Shown piece by piece: positions 19,202 through 27,878 of a stretch of DNA of 64,000 nucleotides; the first letter of the stretch is position 1; each line of letters opens with the position of its first letter. Source of the stretch: an uncultured Gemmatimonadales bacterium (GTDB lineage: Bacteria; Gemmatimonadota; Gemmatimonadetes; Gemmatimonadales; GWC2-71-9). The notes beneath the pieces were generated by a model. The model did no database searches, was not told the origin of the DNA, and saw only the letters and a program-made list of their open reading frames with translations. A program made the position numbers and the translations under genes. The stretch spans positions 480,001 to 544,000 of the forward strand of contig CAVOGR010000007.1 of the NCBI GenBank assembly GCA_963695555.1. The letters are read 5' to 3'.

Positions 19202-19952
19202 GATCCGCCGACCGGTCAAGCGAGGCGGCCGGATGTCCTCGCACGCCGTGGTGGAAGAGGTGGCGGTCTGGCTCGAAATCAACCGCGTGCCGGCGGTGAC
19301 CTGGATGTGCACTCCCGACATGTTGGAGGAACTCGCGATCGGGTGGTTGCACGGTGAGGGATACATCGACAGCCTCGACCAGGTGCGGCTCCGCCCGTGC
19401 GCCACCGATCTCGGGTTCTGGGCCGAGATACCGGAGGACCTGGTTGCACCGGTGGCGGCCGAGGGTCGGCGCCCGGTGCTGGCATCGGGATGCGGCGCCG
19501 TGGCAACCTTCTTAGCGGACCCCGCCGCGGTCGCGACAGGGCCCAGCCGGGGGACACCGCCGGCCGTCGATCGTTTCCGCGAGCTGTTCAAGTCTCTCTT
19601 CACACTGGGAGAACGCTACCGCGAGACCGGCGGCATACACTCCGCCGGTCTCACCGATGGGAAGGAGCTGCTCAGCCACGCCGAGGATATCGGCCGACAC
19701 AACGCGGTCGACAAGGTCGTGGGTGCGGCCCTCCTGGCCGGCCGTGTCGTCGCGGGGCACGGGCTTCTGGTGACCGGCCGGATCTCGGCCGAGCTGGCCT
19801 ACAAGGCCGCTCGTGCCGGCCTGGTGTACGTGGCAACGCCGTCGGTGCCGTCATCGCTGGCCGTGGAGATCGCCGAGCGGGCGGGTATGATCCTGGTGGG
19901 TCGAGCCGTGAGCGGCCAGCCGCAGCTTCACGGTGCCGACCGGAGTTCCTAG
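19176..19952 (+). CDS. fdhD: Formate dehydrogenase accessory sulfurtransferase
   Basis: ELAIGWL, SGCG, TGGIHSA, EDIGRHNAVDKVVG, TGRIS; start could be 19176 or 19233. Confidence 0.93.
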   Translation: MPIEPDRPEIRRPVKRGGRMSSHAVVEEVAVWLEINRVPAVTWMCTPDMLEELAIGWLHGEGYIDSLDQVRLRPCATDLGFWAEIPEDLVAPVAAEGRRPVLASGCGAVATFLADPAAVATGPSRGTPPAVDRFRELFKSLFTLGERYRETGGIHSAGLTDGKELLSHAEDIGRHNAVDKVVGAALLAGRVVAGHGLLVTGRISAELAYKAARAGLVYVATPSVPSSLAVEIAERAGMILVGRAVSGQPQLHGADRSS

Positions 19953-20365
19953 TGGTGGCCGTCGCACCGGACATCGCCGCAGCACTTCGTGCGGCGCGCC
20001 GAATTGCCGTGGTCGGCCTGAGTCCGAAGCCCTGGCGGCCCAGCCACGGCGTGGCCAAATATCTCCAGGCAGCGGGGTACGTGGTCCTGCCGGTCCATCC
20101 TGCCGGCGGCGTGATCTTGGGGCAACCGGTGCATGCCACCCTGAGCGCGGCCCGGATGGCGGGCCCGATCGATATTGTGAATATCTTCCGACGATCGGCG
20201 GCGGTGGGAGACCTGATCGACGAATGTGTTGCCGTCATGCCCCGACTCGTCTGGATGCAAGTAGGGGTCTCGCACACGGAGGCCGCCCGCCGCTTCGAGG
20301 AGGCCGGGATTCCCGTGGTCATGAACCGCTGCATCGCGGTTGCCCACCGTCACTTGGGGGAATGA
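19952..20365 (+). CDS. CoA-binding protein (YccU-like)
   Basis: IAVVGLSPKPWRPS, IDIVNIFR, WMQVG, VMNRCI. Confidence 0.9.
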   Translation: MVAVAPDIAAALRAARRIAVVGLSPKPWRPSHGVAKYLQAAGYVVLPVHPAGGVILGQPVHATLSAARMAGPIDIVNIFRRSAAVGDLIDECVAVMPRLVWMQVGVSHTEAARRFEEAGIPVVMNRCIAVAHRHLGE

Positions 20366-21147
20366 TGCCTGCACGAGTCCTCATCGTCTGCGCGAGCCTT
20401 CTCGCGCTCACCCAGCCACTCGCCGCCCAGCGCGAGGCCGATCAGGCCACCCTCGTCTTTTCCCTCGCCGCAGCGTTCTCAGGCTCCGCCGACCTCTGGA
20501 CTGTGCAGGACCAGCCGGTGTTCCGCCAACAAGTAGCCGACACCTTCGCCCTCGGCCGCAAGCGCTCATCCGGTCTCGGCGTCTTCATGGCCGGCATCTA
20601 CTTCTTCAAGCCGAACTTCGGGATTGCCGGCGAAGCGTTCTTTCTCGGCGGCGGTTTCGAAGATTCGTGCCGTCACACCTTCCAAACCGGAAGCGCGGAA
20701 GCGGTCACGCTCTGCAACGGTATCAACGGCAGCTCGAAATCCGCTAACGCCGTCATCCTGAGCGCAGGACCGGTCCTTCGCTTCAATACCCGGAAGACGA
20801 TCAAGCCCTATGTGCGCGCCAATGTGGGCCTCCAGATCGGCGGACGAAGCTCGGTCGAGTTGTCCGGCCGGGTCACCACCGACTTCTTCAGTGTCGTCTA
20901 TGACGACCCGGACCAACGCAACATTTCGCTTGCACTCGCGGCCGCGGTCGGCATGACGGCGAGCCTCGGCCCCGGATACCAGCTGCGCTGGGAACTCCGG
21001 GACAACTACGTCGGCTACGACCGGGTCACCGGGCCGACGGCCCGTGACGGTCTGTCTCCCGCCCGCGAGTTCGACTACAAGCATGTCTGGAGCTTCGTGC
21101 TCGGAGTGGATATCGTGCTTGAGCGCCGGAGAGGCCGGCGGTACTGA
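20362..21147 (+). CDS. Outer-membrane beta-barrel protein
   Basis: Signal peptide, amphipathic strands (KPYVRANVG, YQLRWELRD), ends VLGVDIVLERRRGRRY. Confidence 0.7.
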   Translation: MMPARVLIVCASLLALTQPLAAQREADQATLVFSLAAAFSGSADLWTVQDQPVFRQQVADTFALGRKRSSGLGVFMAGIYFFKPNFGIAGEAFFLGGGFEDSCRHTFQTGSAEAVTLCNGINGSSKSANAVILSAGPVLRFNTRKTIKPYVRANVGLQIGGRSSVELSGRVTTDFFSVVYDDPDQRNISLALAAAVGMTASLGPGYQLRWELRDNYVGYDRVTGPTARDGLSPAREFDYKHVWSFVLGVDIVLERRRGRRY

Positions 21148-21223
21148 CCAGCCCGACGGTATCCAGCTCGCCACAAGCGGCTGAGCGCTCCCGCCAGCCG
21201 TCCGTCTTGCGATCTTTCACAGC

Positions 21224-21868
21224 ATGTCTCCCCAACGCCGCGTGAGCGAACCCCGGCCGGTCAGGGGCGCGATCCTCGCGGGGGGCGGAGCCACCCGGTT
21301 CGGTGGGACGCCCAAGGGCCTGGAGCAGGTCGGCGGGCGCCGCGTCATCGACCGATTGGTGGACGCGTTCGTCGATAGCCTTGGGGAGCCGCCGCTCCTC
21401 GTGGCCAACGCGCCCGAAGCCTCAGCCTGGTGCCCCGGCATCCGCGTCGTCCGGGATCTGATCCCGGGAGCGGGGTCCCTCGGAGGACTCTATACCGCAG
21501 TAGAGGAAGCGCCCGCGCCGGTGGTCTGCGTCGCCTGGGACATGCCGTTCGTTCCGCCCGGGCTCATAGCGGCCCTGGCCGAGGCGGTGGGCGACGCCGA
21601 CGTTGTGCTGCCGGCGAGCGCGGGCCGGCGCGGTGTCGAGCCGCTCTGCGCGGCGTACGGCCAGGGCTCCGCGGCACCCATGCACGAGCGGATCGTGGCA
21701 GGCGACTTTCGCGCCATCGCCTTCCATGAATCCGTGCGAGTCAGTATCCTCTCCATGGACAGCATCCGGCGCTTTGGGGACCCGGCCGTACTCTTCTTCA
21801 ACGTCAACAGCCCCGAGGACCTCATCAAGGCAGACCGCTTGTGGCAGCAACGCGCATCATCTCGATAA
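21224..21868 (+). CDS. mobA: Molybdenum cofactor guanylyltransferase
   Basis: ILAGGGATRFGG-PK, GSLGGL, WDMPF, EPLCAAY, FFNVNSPED. Confidence 0.93.
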   Translation: MSPQRRVSEPRPVRGAILAGGGATRFGGTPKGLEQVGGRRVIDRLVDAFVDSLGEPPLLVANAPEASAWCPGIRVVRDLIPGAGSLGGLYTAVEEAPAPVVCVAWDMPFVPPGLIAALAEAVGDADVVLPASAGRRGVEPLCAAYGQGSAAPMHERIVAGDFRAIAFHESVRVSILSMDSIRRFGDPAVLFFNVNSPEDLIKADRLWQQRASSR

Positions 21869-22374
21869 TTGGGCAAAAAGGCTCGGGCAAAACCACGCTG
21901 GCGATTACACTCGCGGCGGAGTACGTCCGTCGTGGCAAACGGGTGATGAGCATGAAGCACGCCCACCACCCTGCCCTGGTCGATCGCGAGGGCACGGATA
22001 GTTATCGGCACTTTCACGAGGGCAAGGCGGAGCGCGTCGTTCTCGCCGCACCAAAGACGCGAATCATCTTCGAGCGCACATCGGACAATGCCGATCCCAT
22101 TGCGCTCGCGACGCGCTATCTCGACGGCGCCGACATCGTGATTGCGGAAGGTTTCACCGCGTCGGTGCTACCGAAGATCGAAGTGTACCGCCGGGTGATT
22201 TCCAATGCGCCCATCTACGACGCCACGTCCCCGGAAGCGGCCAATTGGATCGCCATCGTAACCGATGATGACGCGCTCGATGCAGAGTGCACCGTCCTTC
22301 GGTTCCGGGACACGATGTGGCTCCAGCTGCTGGCCAACCTCGCATGGGACGGAGCCAAGGTTCTGACCCCGTGA
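21841..22374 (+). CDS. mobB: Molybdopterin-guanine dinucleotide biosynthesis protein B
   Basis: GQKGSGKTT, KHAHH, DREGTDS, DIVIAEGF. Confidence 0.92.
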   Translation: MAATRIISIIGQKGSGKTTLAITLAAEYVRRGKRVMSMKHAHHPALVDREGTDSYRHFHEGKAERVVLAAPKTRIIFERTSDNADPIALATRYLDGADIVIAEGFTASVLPKIEVYRRVISNAPIYDATSPEAANWIAIVTDDDALDAECTVLRFRDTMWLQLLANLAWDGAKVLTP

Positions 22375-23621
22375 CCCTTCTGGCGGCAGCCGAGGCCGCA
22401 CGGCGAATCCTCGAGCACGTCGATCGGCAGCCGCCGCTTCGAAGCCCGCTCGATGACGCCCTCGGCAGTGTTCTGGCCGAAGACATCGTGAGCCCCCTCG
22501 ACATCCCTCCCTGGACCAATTCGGCCATGGACGGGTACGCGGTCCGATCGGAGGACGTCCGCGGCGCAAGCGCGACACACCCGGTCCGCCTTCGCGTCGT
22601 CGAGCAGATTCCGGCCGGGCATTTTCCTACTCGTATCATTGGTGCCGGCGAGTGCGCGCGCATCTTCACCGGGGCGCCGCTCTCTTCCGGGGCAGATACC
22701 GTCGTGCGACAGGAAGACACGGACGGGGGCAGTGACATCGTGACGATTACGGCCGACCGTGACGTCAAGATGAACATCCGGCATGCCGGTGAGGACATCG
22801 CGAAGGGTACCACAGTCCTGGAACGCGGAACCGCACTCCACCCCGCCCAGATCGGGGTGCTGGCGTCGCTCGCCATGGGTCAGGTCATGGTCTACCGGAG
22901 GCCTCGGGTTGCGATCATGGCGAGCGGCGACGAGATCGTGGATGTCGACCAGCCGGAGGAGATCCTGGCCGGCCGGAAGATCGCGAGTTCGAACACCCAT
23001 ACGTTGATCGCGCTGGTGCGCGAGGCCGGCGGCATTCCCGTCAACCTCGGCATCGCGCGGGACACTCCAGAGAGCGTGCGCACCCATCTGGAGCTGGCCG
23101 CCGACGCCGACCTGCTCATTACGTCCGCCGGCATCAGCGTCGGGGAGCACGACTACCTGCGCGACGTGTTGCAGGCCATGGGAGCGGATCTCAAGTTCTG
23201 GCGGCTCCGGATGCGGCCGGGCGCACCGGTCGGGTTCGGAATCCTTGGGAAGGTCCCGTGGATCGGGCTGCCGGGAAACCCGGTGAGCACGATGGTAACC
23301 TTCGAGTTGTTCGTCCGCCCGGCGATCCGAAAAATGGCCGGGCATGCCTTACCGTTTCGCCGGGCGGCCCGGGTTCGACTCGAGCAACCGATTGCGCTCA
23401 GGCCCACGCTGCAGCACTTCCTCCGTGCAACCGTCAGCGAGCGTGCCGACGGCCTCCATGCCCGTCTCACGGGCCCCCAGGGATCGGGCATCCTCATGTC
23501 GATGGTGCGCGCGGACGCGTTGCTGATCATCCCGGAGGGTCAACACGAGACCCCCAAGGGCGGCGAGGTCGAAGCCCTCGTGCTCACCGAACCCGGGCAC
23601 CGAGCCGACCCGCCTTTTTGA
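22371..23621 (+). CDS. moeA: Molybdopterin molybdotransferase
   Basis: NSAMDGYAVR, IFTGAP, SGDE, SAGISVG, GLPGNPVS, GPQGSG. Confidence 0.95.
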   Translation: MTLLAAAEAARRILEHVDRQPPLRSPLDDALGSVLAEDIVSPLDIPPWTNSAMDGYAVRSEDVRGASATHPVRLRVVEQIPAGHFPTRIIGAGECARIFTGAPLSSGADTVVRQEDTDGGSDIVTITADRDVKMNIRHAGEDIAKGTTVLERGTALHPAQIGVLASLAMGQVMVYRRPRVAIMASGDEIVDVDQPEEILAGRKIASSNTHTLIALVREAGGIPVNLGIARDTPESVRTHLELAADADLLITSAGISVGEHDYLRDVLQAMGADLKFWRLRMRPGAPVGFGILGKVPWIGLPGNPVSTMVTFELFVRPAIRKMAGHALPFRRAARVRLEQPIALRPTLQHFLRATVSERADGLHARLTGPQGSGILMSMVRADALLIIPEGQHETPKGGEVEALVLTEPGHRADPPF

Positions 23622-23752
23622 CGTCGCCCCAGCCGCGGCCGCGATGCTCTCCATTCACCCCGTGTCACCGGGCGGCTATTTTTGAGCGGGCTCTCGCCTA
23701 GCCCTCGAGGCGGGGCGAGGGATGTTTCACTTTCAACCGATGGTGTTGCCGA

Positions 23753-24583
23753 ATGAACAACTTCAAGACCTTCATCCTCATGGCGGGCCTCATGGCCTTG
23801 TTCCTGGCCGTGGGGCAGCTGGTTGGCGGATATAGCGGATTGATGATGGCGCTGGTGTTTGGCGCCGGCATGAACTTCTTCATGTACTTCTTCTCGGACA
23901 AACTGGTGCTCAAGATGTACCGGGCCCAGGTGGTGACCGAGCAGGAGGCGCCCGAGCTGTTCCGCATGGTCGACCGGCTGCGCCAGCGTGCCGAGCTGCC
24001 GATGCCGGTCCTGGCGATTGCCCCACACGAGCAGCCCAATGCGTTCGCCACGGGACGGAGCCCCAACCATGCGGTGGTGGCAGTGACGACCGGCATTCTC
24101 AAGTACATGCCGCAAGAGGAGCTCGAGGGCGTCATTGCCCACGAGCTGGCCCACATCAAGAACCGGGACATGCTGATCTCGACCGTGGCCGCCGGCATCG
24201 CGGGCGCGCTCAGCTACCTGCCGTACCTCCTCTTGTTCGGCCGCGGGAACAGCCGACAGAACCCCATTCTCTCCTTGGCGATGATCATCCTCGCTCCGCT
24301 TGGGGCCATGATGATCCAGTTTGCAGTGTCCCGGCAGCGCGAATTCGAAGCCGATCGCGTGGGTGCACAGATCCTCGGCCGGCCCGAACCGCTGGCCAAC
24401 GCGCTCCGAAGGCTCGACGCCATGGCCCAGCGCATCCCGATGCAGGTTGCGCCGGCGGCCGCGCCGCTGGCGCAGGTCAATCCCCTTGCTGCGCACGGCG
24501 GTGGTTTTTCCCGGCTGTTCAGTACCCATCCGCCGACCGAGGAACGCATTGCGGCGCTGGAGGCACTCGCGATGGGCCGGTAG
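23753..24583 (+). CDS. htpX: Zinc metalloprotease HtpX
   Basis: PNAFATGR, HELAH, SRQREFEAD, FSTHP. Confidence 0.95.
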   Translation: MNNFKTFILMAGLMALFLAVGQLVGGYSGLMMALVFGAGMNFFMYFFSDKLVLKMYRAQVVTEQEAPELFRMVDRLRQRAELPMPVLAIAPHEQPNAFATGRSPNHAVVAVTTGILKYMPQEELEGVIAHELAHIKNRDMLISTVAAGIAGALSYLPYLLLFGRGNSRQNPILSLAMIILAPLGAMMIQFAVSRQREFEADRVGAQILGRPEPLANALRRLDAMAQRIPMQVAPAAAPLAQVNPLAAHGGGFSRLFSTHPPTEERIAALEALAMGR

Positions 24584-24658
24584 GATCGCGACACGGAGCA
24601 GTCCTCGAGCGCCGGCCCGGACCGCGGCCGGCGCTCTCACATGCGCGAGGGAGGGGCC

Positions 24659-25969
24659 ATGAGCGCTCCGCGGCTCGGAGGCATGCGCCGGCAAGTCATC
24701 GCCTGGTCGCTGTACGACTTCGCCAATTCTGCCTTCACCACCCTCGTGGTCACGTTCATTTACGCATCGTACTTCGTCCAGGGTATCGCCCTAGACGAAA
24801 ACGAAGGGACTCGACAGTGGTCGCTCGCGGTGACGGCCACGGCGGTGGTCGTAGCGCTCGCTTCTCCCTATTTGGGGGCGATGGCCGACCGGGGCGGCCG
24901 GCGGAAGCGCATGCTCTTCATCGCCACCCTCGTCGCGATCTTGGGAAGCCTCGGCCTCTTCTTTCCCTCGGCGGGGCATGTGTGGGTGGCGCTGACGACA
25001 TTCGCCATCGCCAACATCGCCTTCGAAATCGCCAACGTGTTTTACAATGCCTACCTGCCGGACATCGCGCCCCAGGATCGGATCGGCCGGATTTCAGGCT
25101 ACGGTTGGGCCGCCGGATATGTCGGGGGTCTGGTGTGCCTGGTGGTGGCGCTGGTGGGGTTCGTCCAACCCGAGGTGCCGTGGTTCGGCCTGAGCAAGGC
25201 CGGCGGCCAGCACATCCGCGCGACCAACCTGCTCGTCGCCGCATGGTACGCGGTGTTCAGTATTCCCCTATTTCTCTTCGTCAAAGACCGGCCGCAGCGC
25301 CAGGTGACAACCTCGGACTCGCTCTGGGTGGCGGCCACCCGTCAGCTGGCCACCACCTTCCGCGAGATCCGGCGCTACCGCCAGGTGTTCCGCCTCCTGC
25401 TCGCTCGATTGATCTACAACGACGGGTTGGTCACCATCTTCGCCTTCGGCGGGATCTACGCCAAGGTGACCTTCGGATTCTCGTTCAGCGAGGTCATCAT
25501 CTTCGGCATCGTGTTGAATGTCGCGGCCGGGATCGGTGCATTCGGCTTTGGCTTCCTAGACGACGTCCTGGGGGGCAAGCGGACCATCCTCATCAGCTTG
25601 GTGGTTCTCTTCCTGGCCAGCCTCCTCGCCGTTTTCGCCCAGAGCAAGGGCCTCTTCTGGCTGGCGGGAACGCTGGTGGGGATCATGATAGGCCCCAACC
25701 AGTCGGCCAGCCGGTCGCTATTGGGTCGCTTCGTTCCCCCGGACAAGGAGAACGAGTTCTATGGCTTCTATGCCTTCTCAGGCAAGGCGACCGCGTTCCT
25801 CGGGCCGCTGCTCCTGGGCCAGCTCACCGTGATGTTTCAATCCCAGCGTGCCGGGATCGGAGTCGTTGCGGTCTTCTTTCTGGTCGGCGGCGTGCTCTTG
25901 CTCCAGGTGGATGAGGCGGAGGGCGTGGCCAGCGCCGGGCGGCTCGAGGCCCGTCCGGCGGCCGGGTGA
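24659..25969 (+). CDS. MFS transporter (UMF1/ATG22-like)
   Basis: WSLYDFANSAF, YNAYLP, QSASRSL, EFYGFY; about 12 TM segments. Confidence 0.9.
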   Translation: MSAPRLGGMRRQVIAWSLYDFANSAFTTLVVTFIYASYFVQGIALDENEGTRQWSLAVTATAVVVALASPYLGAMADRGGRRKRMLFIATLVAILGSLGLFFPSAGHVWVALTTFAIANIAFEIANVFYNAYLPDIAPQDRIGRISGYGWAAGYVGGLVCLVVALVGFVQPEVPWFGLSKAGGQHIRATNLLVAAWYAVFSIPLFLFVKDRPQRQVTTSDSLWVAATRQLATTFREIRRYRQVFRLLLARLIYNDGLVTIFAFGGIYAKVTFGFSFSEVIIFGIVLNVAAGIGAFGFGFLDDVLGGKRTILISLVVLFLASLLAVFAQSKGLFWLAGTLVGIMIGPNQSASRSLLGRFVPPDKENEFYGFYAFSGKATAFLGPLLLGQLTVMFQSQRAGIGVVAVFFLVGGVLLLQVDEAEGVASAGRLEARPAAG

Positions 25970-26021
25970 GCACCCAGGCCACCACCAACGGCACTTCACT
26001 GTTTGGAAGGAGAGGCTCGGG

Positions 26022-26459
26022 ATGCCCGCTCATACCCACTATCTCTGGTTCGAGACCGAGGGCCGGCAGGAGATCATCGACATCACCGACCAGGTGGCGG
26101 AGCAGGTGCGAGCGCAGCGGCATCGGGAGGGCTTCGTGCTGGTGAGCGGCTATGCACATCACGGCCTCGGTGTTCGTGAACGACCACGAATCGGGACTGT
26201 GGCAGGATATCCTCGAGTGGCTCGAGGAGTCGGATCGCCCCGTGGGAGCCGGATCCCGCTACCGGCACAACGAGACCGGGCGAGGACAACGCAGCGGCCC
26301 ACCTGCGCAGCCTCACGGTCGGGCACGAGGTGATCGTTCCCGTCACGGCGGGCGCTCGACCTCGGACCGTGGCAGCGGGTGTTCTACGGCGAGTGGGACG
26401 GCCAACGGAGGAAGCGAGTGGTGGTGAAAGTGTTGGGCGAAGGAGAAACGGCGCGGTAG
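26022..26459 (+). CDS. yjbQ: YjbQ/UPF0047 protein (three frameshifts near 26150, 26281 and 26350)
   Basis: [47 protein letters not shown] reconstructed across frames. Confidence 0.85.
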
Positions 26460-26642
26460 AGAAGCGTTAGGGCCGCTGAAGATACTACTGCTACCACCCC
26501 CCTACCGCTCCGTTCGGTTCCTGCGCAACCAACACTAGGCAATATGCCCTACCCACAAATACAGACAACCTGCCAAGCTTCGACAGTGTCGTATTTTATG
26601 TCAGTCTTTTCCGGGTTGGTGCAATAAATTGCGCTAGCAGGG

Positions 26643-27869
26643 TCAGACGGCGAAGTGCTCCTCGGGCACCAGCGCCTCGCGGCCGGACTTGTCGCCGAGG
26701 TTGGGCGGTCCGACCACACGGTTGCGGCCGGCCTCCTTGGCCAAGAACAGGCGCCGGTCCGCCACATCCAGCAGGTCGTCGCCGGTATCTCCATCGGCCG
26801 GGAAGCCGGCGACACCAGCGCTCACCGTAAATCCGGCCGTGGCCTCATGCTGGGGCAGCCGCACCAGCGTCTGCGCGATCGCAAGCCGAAGGTGCTCCAG
26901 CTTGTCCACGGCATCTTCGGGCCCGGTTTCGGGAAATACCAGCACGAACTCCTCGCCACCGTAGCGCGTCACGATGTCGCTTTCGCGCACCGAGCGCAGG
27001 ATGGTATTCGCGATTTCCGCCAGGGCAATATCGCCCGCGGCGTGGCCGAAGGTGTCGTTGAACCGTTTGAAGCGGTCGACGTCCACCATGGCCAGCGACA
27101 GCTGATGCTTATACCGGATCGCCCGACTGATCTCAGCCTCGAACCGGTGCTCGAAGTAGCCCCGGTTGAGCAGCCCGGTCAGGCGGTCACGCGCCGAAAG
27201 ACGACGGAGCCGCCGGACCCGGCCTACGATCGCCATGCTGAGCACTGCCGCGGCGATGAGAATCAGGAGCCGTCCCCACTGGGCCGGCCAACTGAATTGA
27301 CCATCGACGAACGGCGCATACACCGGGGAATTCAGATTCCACCGAGTAGCCGCATAGTAGACGATGAGACCGTACTGCCCGGCCGCAAGAAACCCAGAAA
27401 AGGCGCATACCCGCAGATCATAACGAATGCTCGTCGCACCGATCGCCAGGAAGTACACCTCGAAGACCACGAGGCTGTTGGCTGCCATGTGGGGCTGGTT
27501 CATGAGCAGGTAACCGACCAGTGCCAGGCTCACCAGCGACACATCGACCGCCGTGGTCAGGAATCCGAGCCAGGGCTTGTAGAAACCCCGCCTGACCAGC
27601 ACGCGAATGACGATCGCGCCCAGCACTGCGAGCAACATGGCCACGAGGCCAACCACGTACTCCTGGGCGTCGGGGTTCCGGACAGCGTTGTAAAAGGGGA
27701 TGAACAGCAGGATGCTCAAGACCAAGAGCCGGATGTTGGCCACGACCAACTCTCCGCCAGCTCCGGCATCGATCAGAGCCGGGTCGGGGCCGCCCCACCA
27801 GCGTTGGAGCCGTGTCATCCACTTGGTCGAGCTTGTCACACGCTTTGCCTTTGGCGACTCACGCCGCAT
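26643..27869 (-). CDS. Membrane-bound diguanylate cyclase
   Basis: Multi-TM N-terminus; DRLTGLLNR, DVDRFK, RESD I-site, RYGGEEF. Confidence 0.93.
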   Translation of the reverse strand: MRRESPKAKRVTSSTKWMTRLQRWWGGPDPALIDAGAGGELVVANIRLLVLSILLFIPFYNAVRNPDAQEYVVGLVAMLLAVLGAIVIRVLVRRGFYKPWLGFLTTAVDVSLVSLALVGYLLMNQPHMAANSLVVFEVYFLAIGATSIRYDLRVCAFSGFLAAGQYGLIVYYAATRWNLNSPVYAPFVDGQFSWPAQWGRLLILIAAAVLSMAIVGRVRRLRRLSARDRLTGLLNRGYFEHRFEAEISRAIRYKHQLSLAMVDVDRFKRFNDTFGHAAGDIALAEIANTILRSVRESDIVTRYGGEEFVLVFPETGPEDAVDKLEHLRLAIAQTLVRLPQHEATAGFTVSAGVAGFPADGDTGDDLLDVADRRLFLAKEAGRNRVVGPPNLGDKSGREALVPEEHFAV

Positions 27870-27878
27870 GCTCGAGAT

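Noticed and set aside
26617..26632. Sigma-54 promoter (TGGTGC...TTGC)
   Set aside because: GG-to-GC spacing is 11 nt, not 10, and there is no downstream gene on that strand
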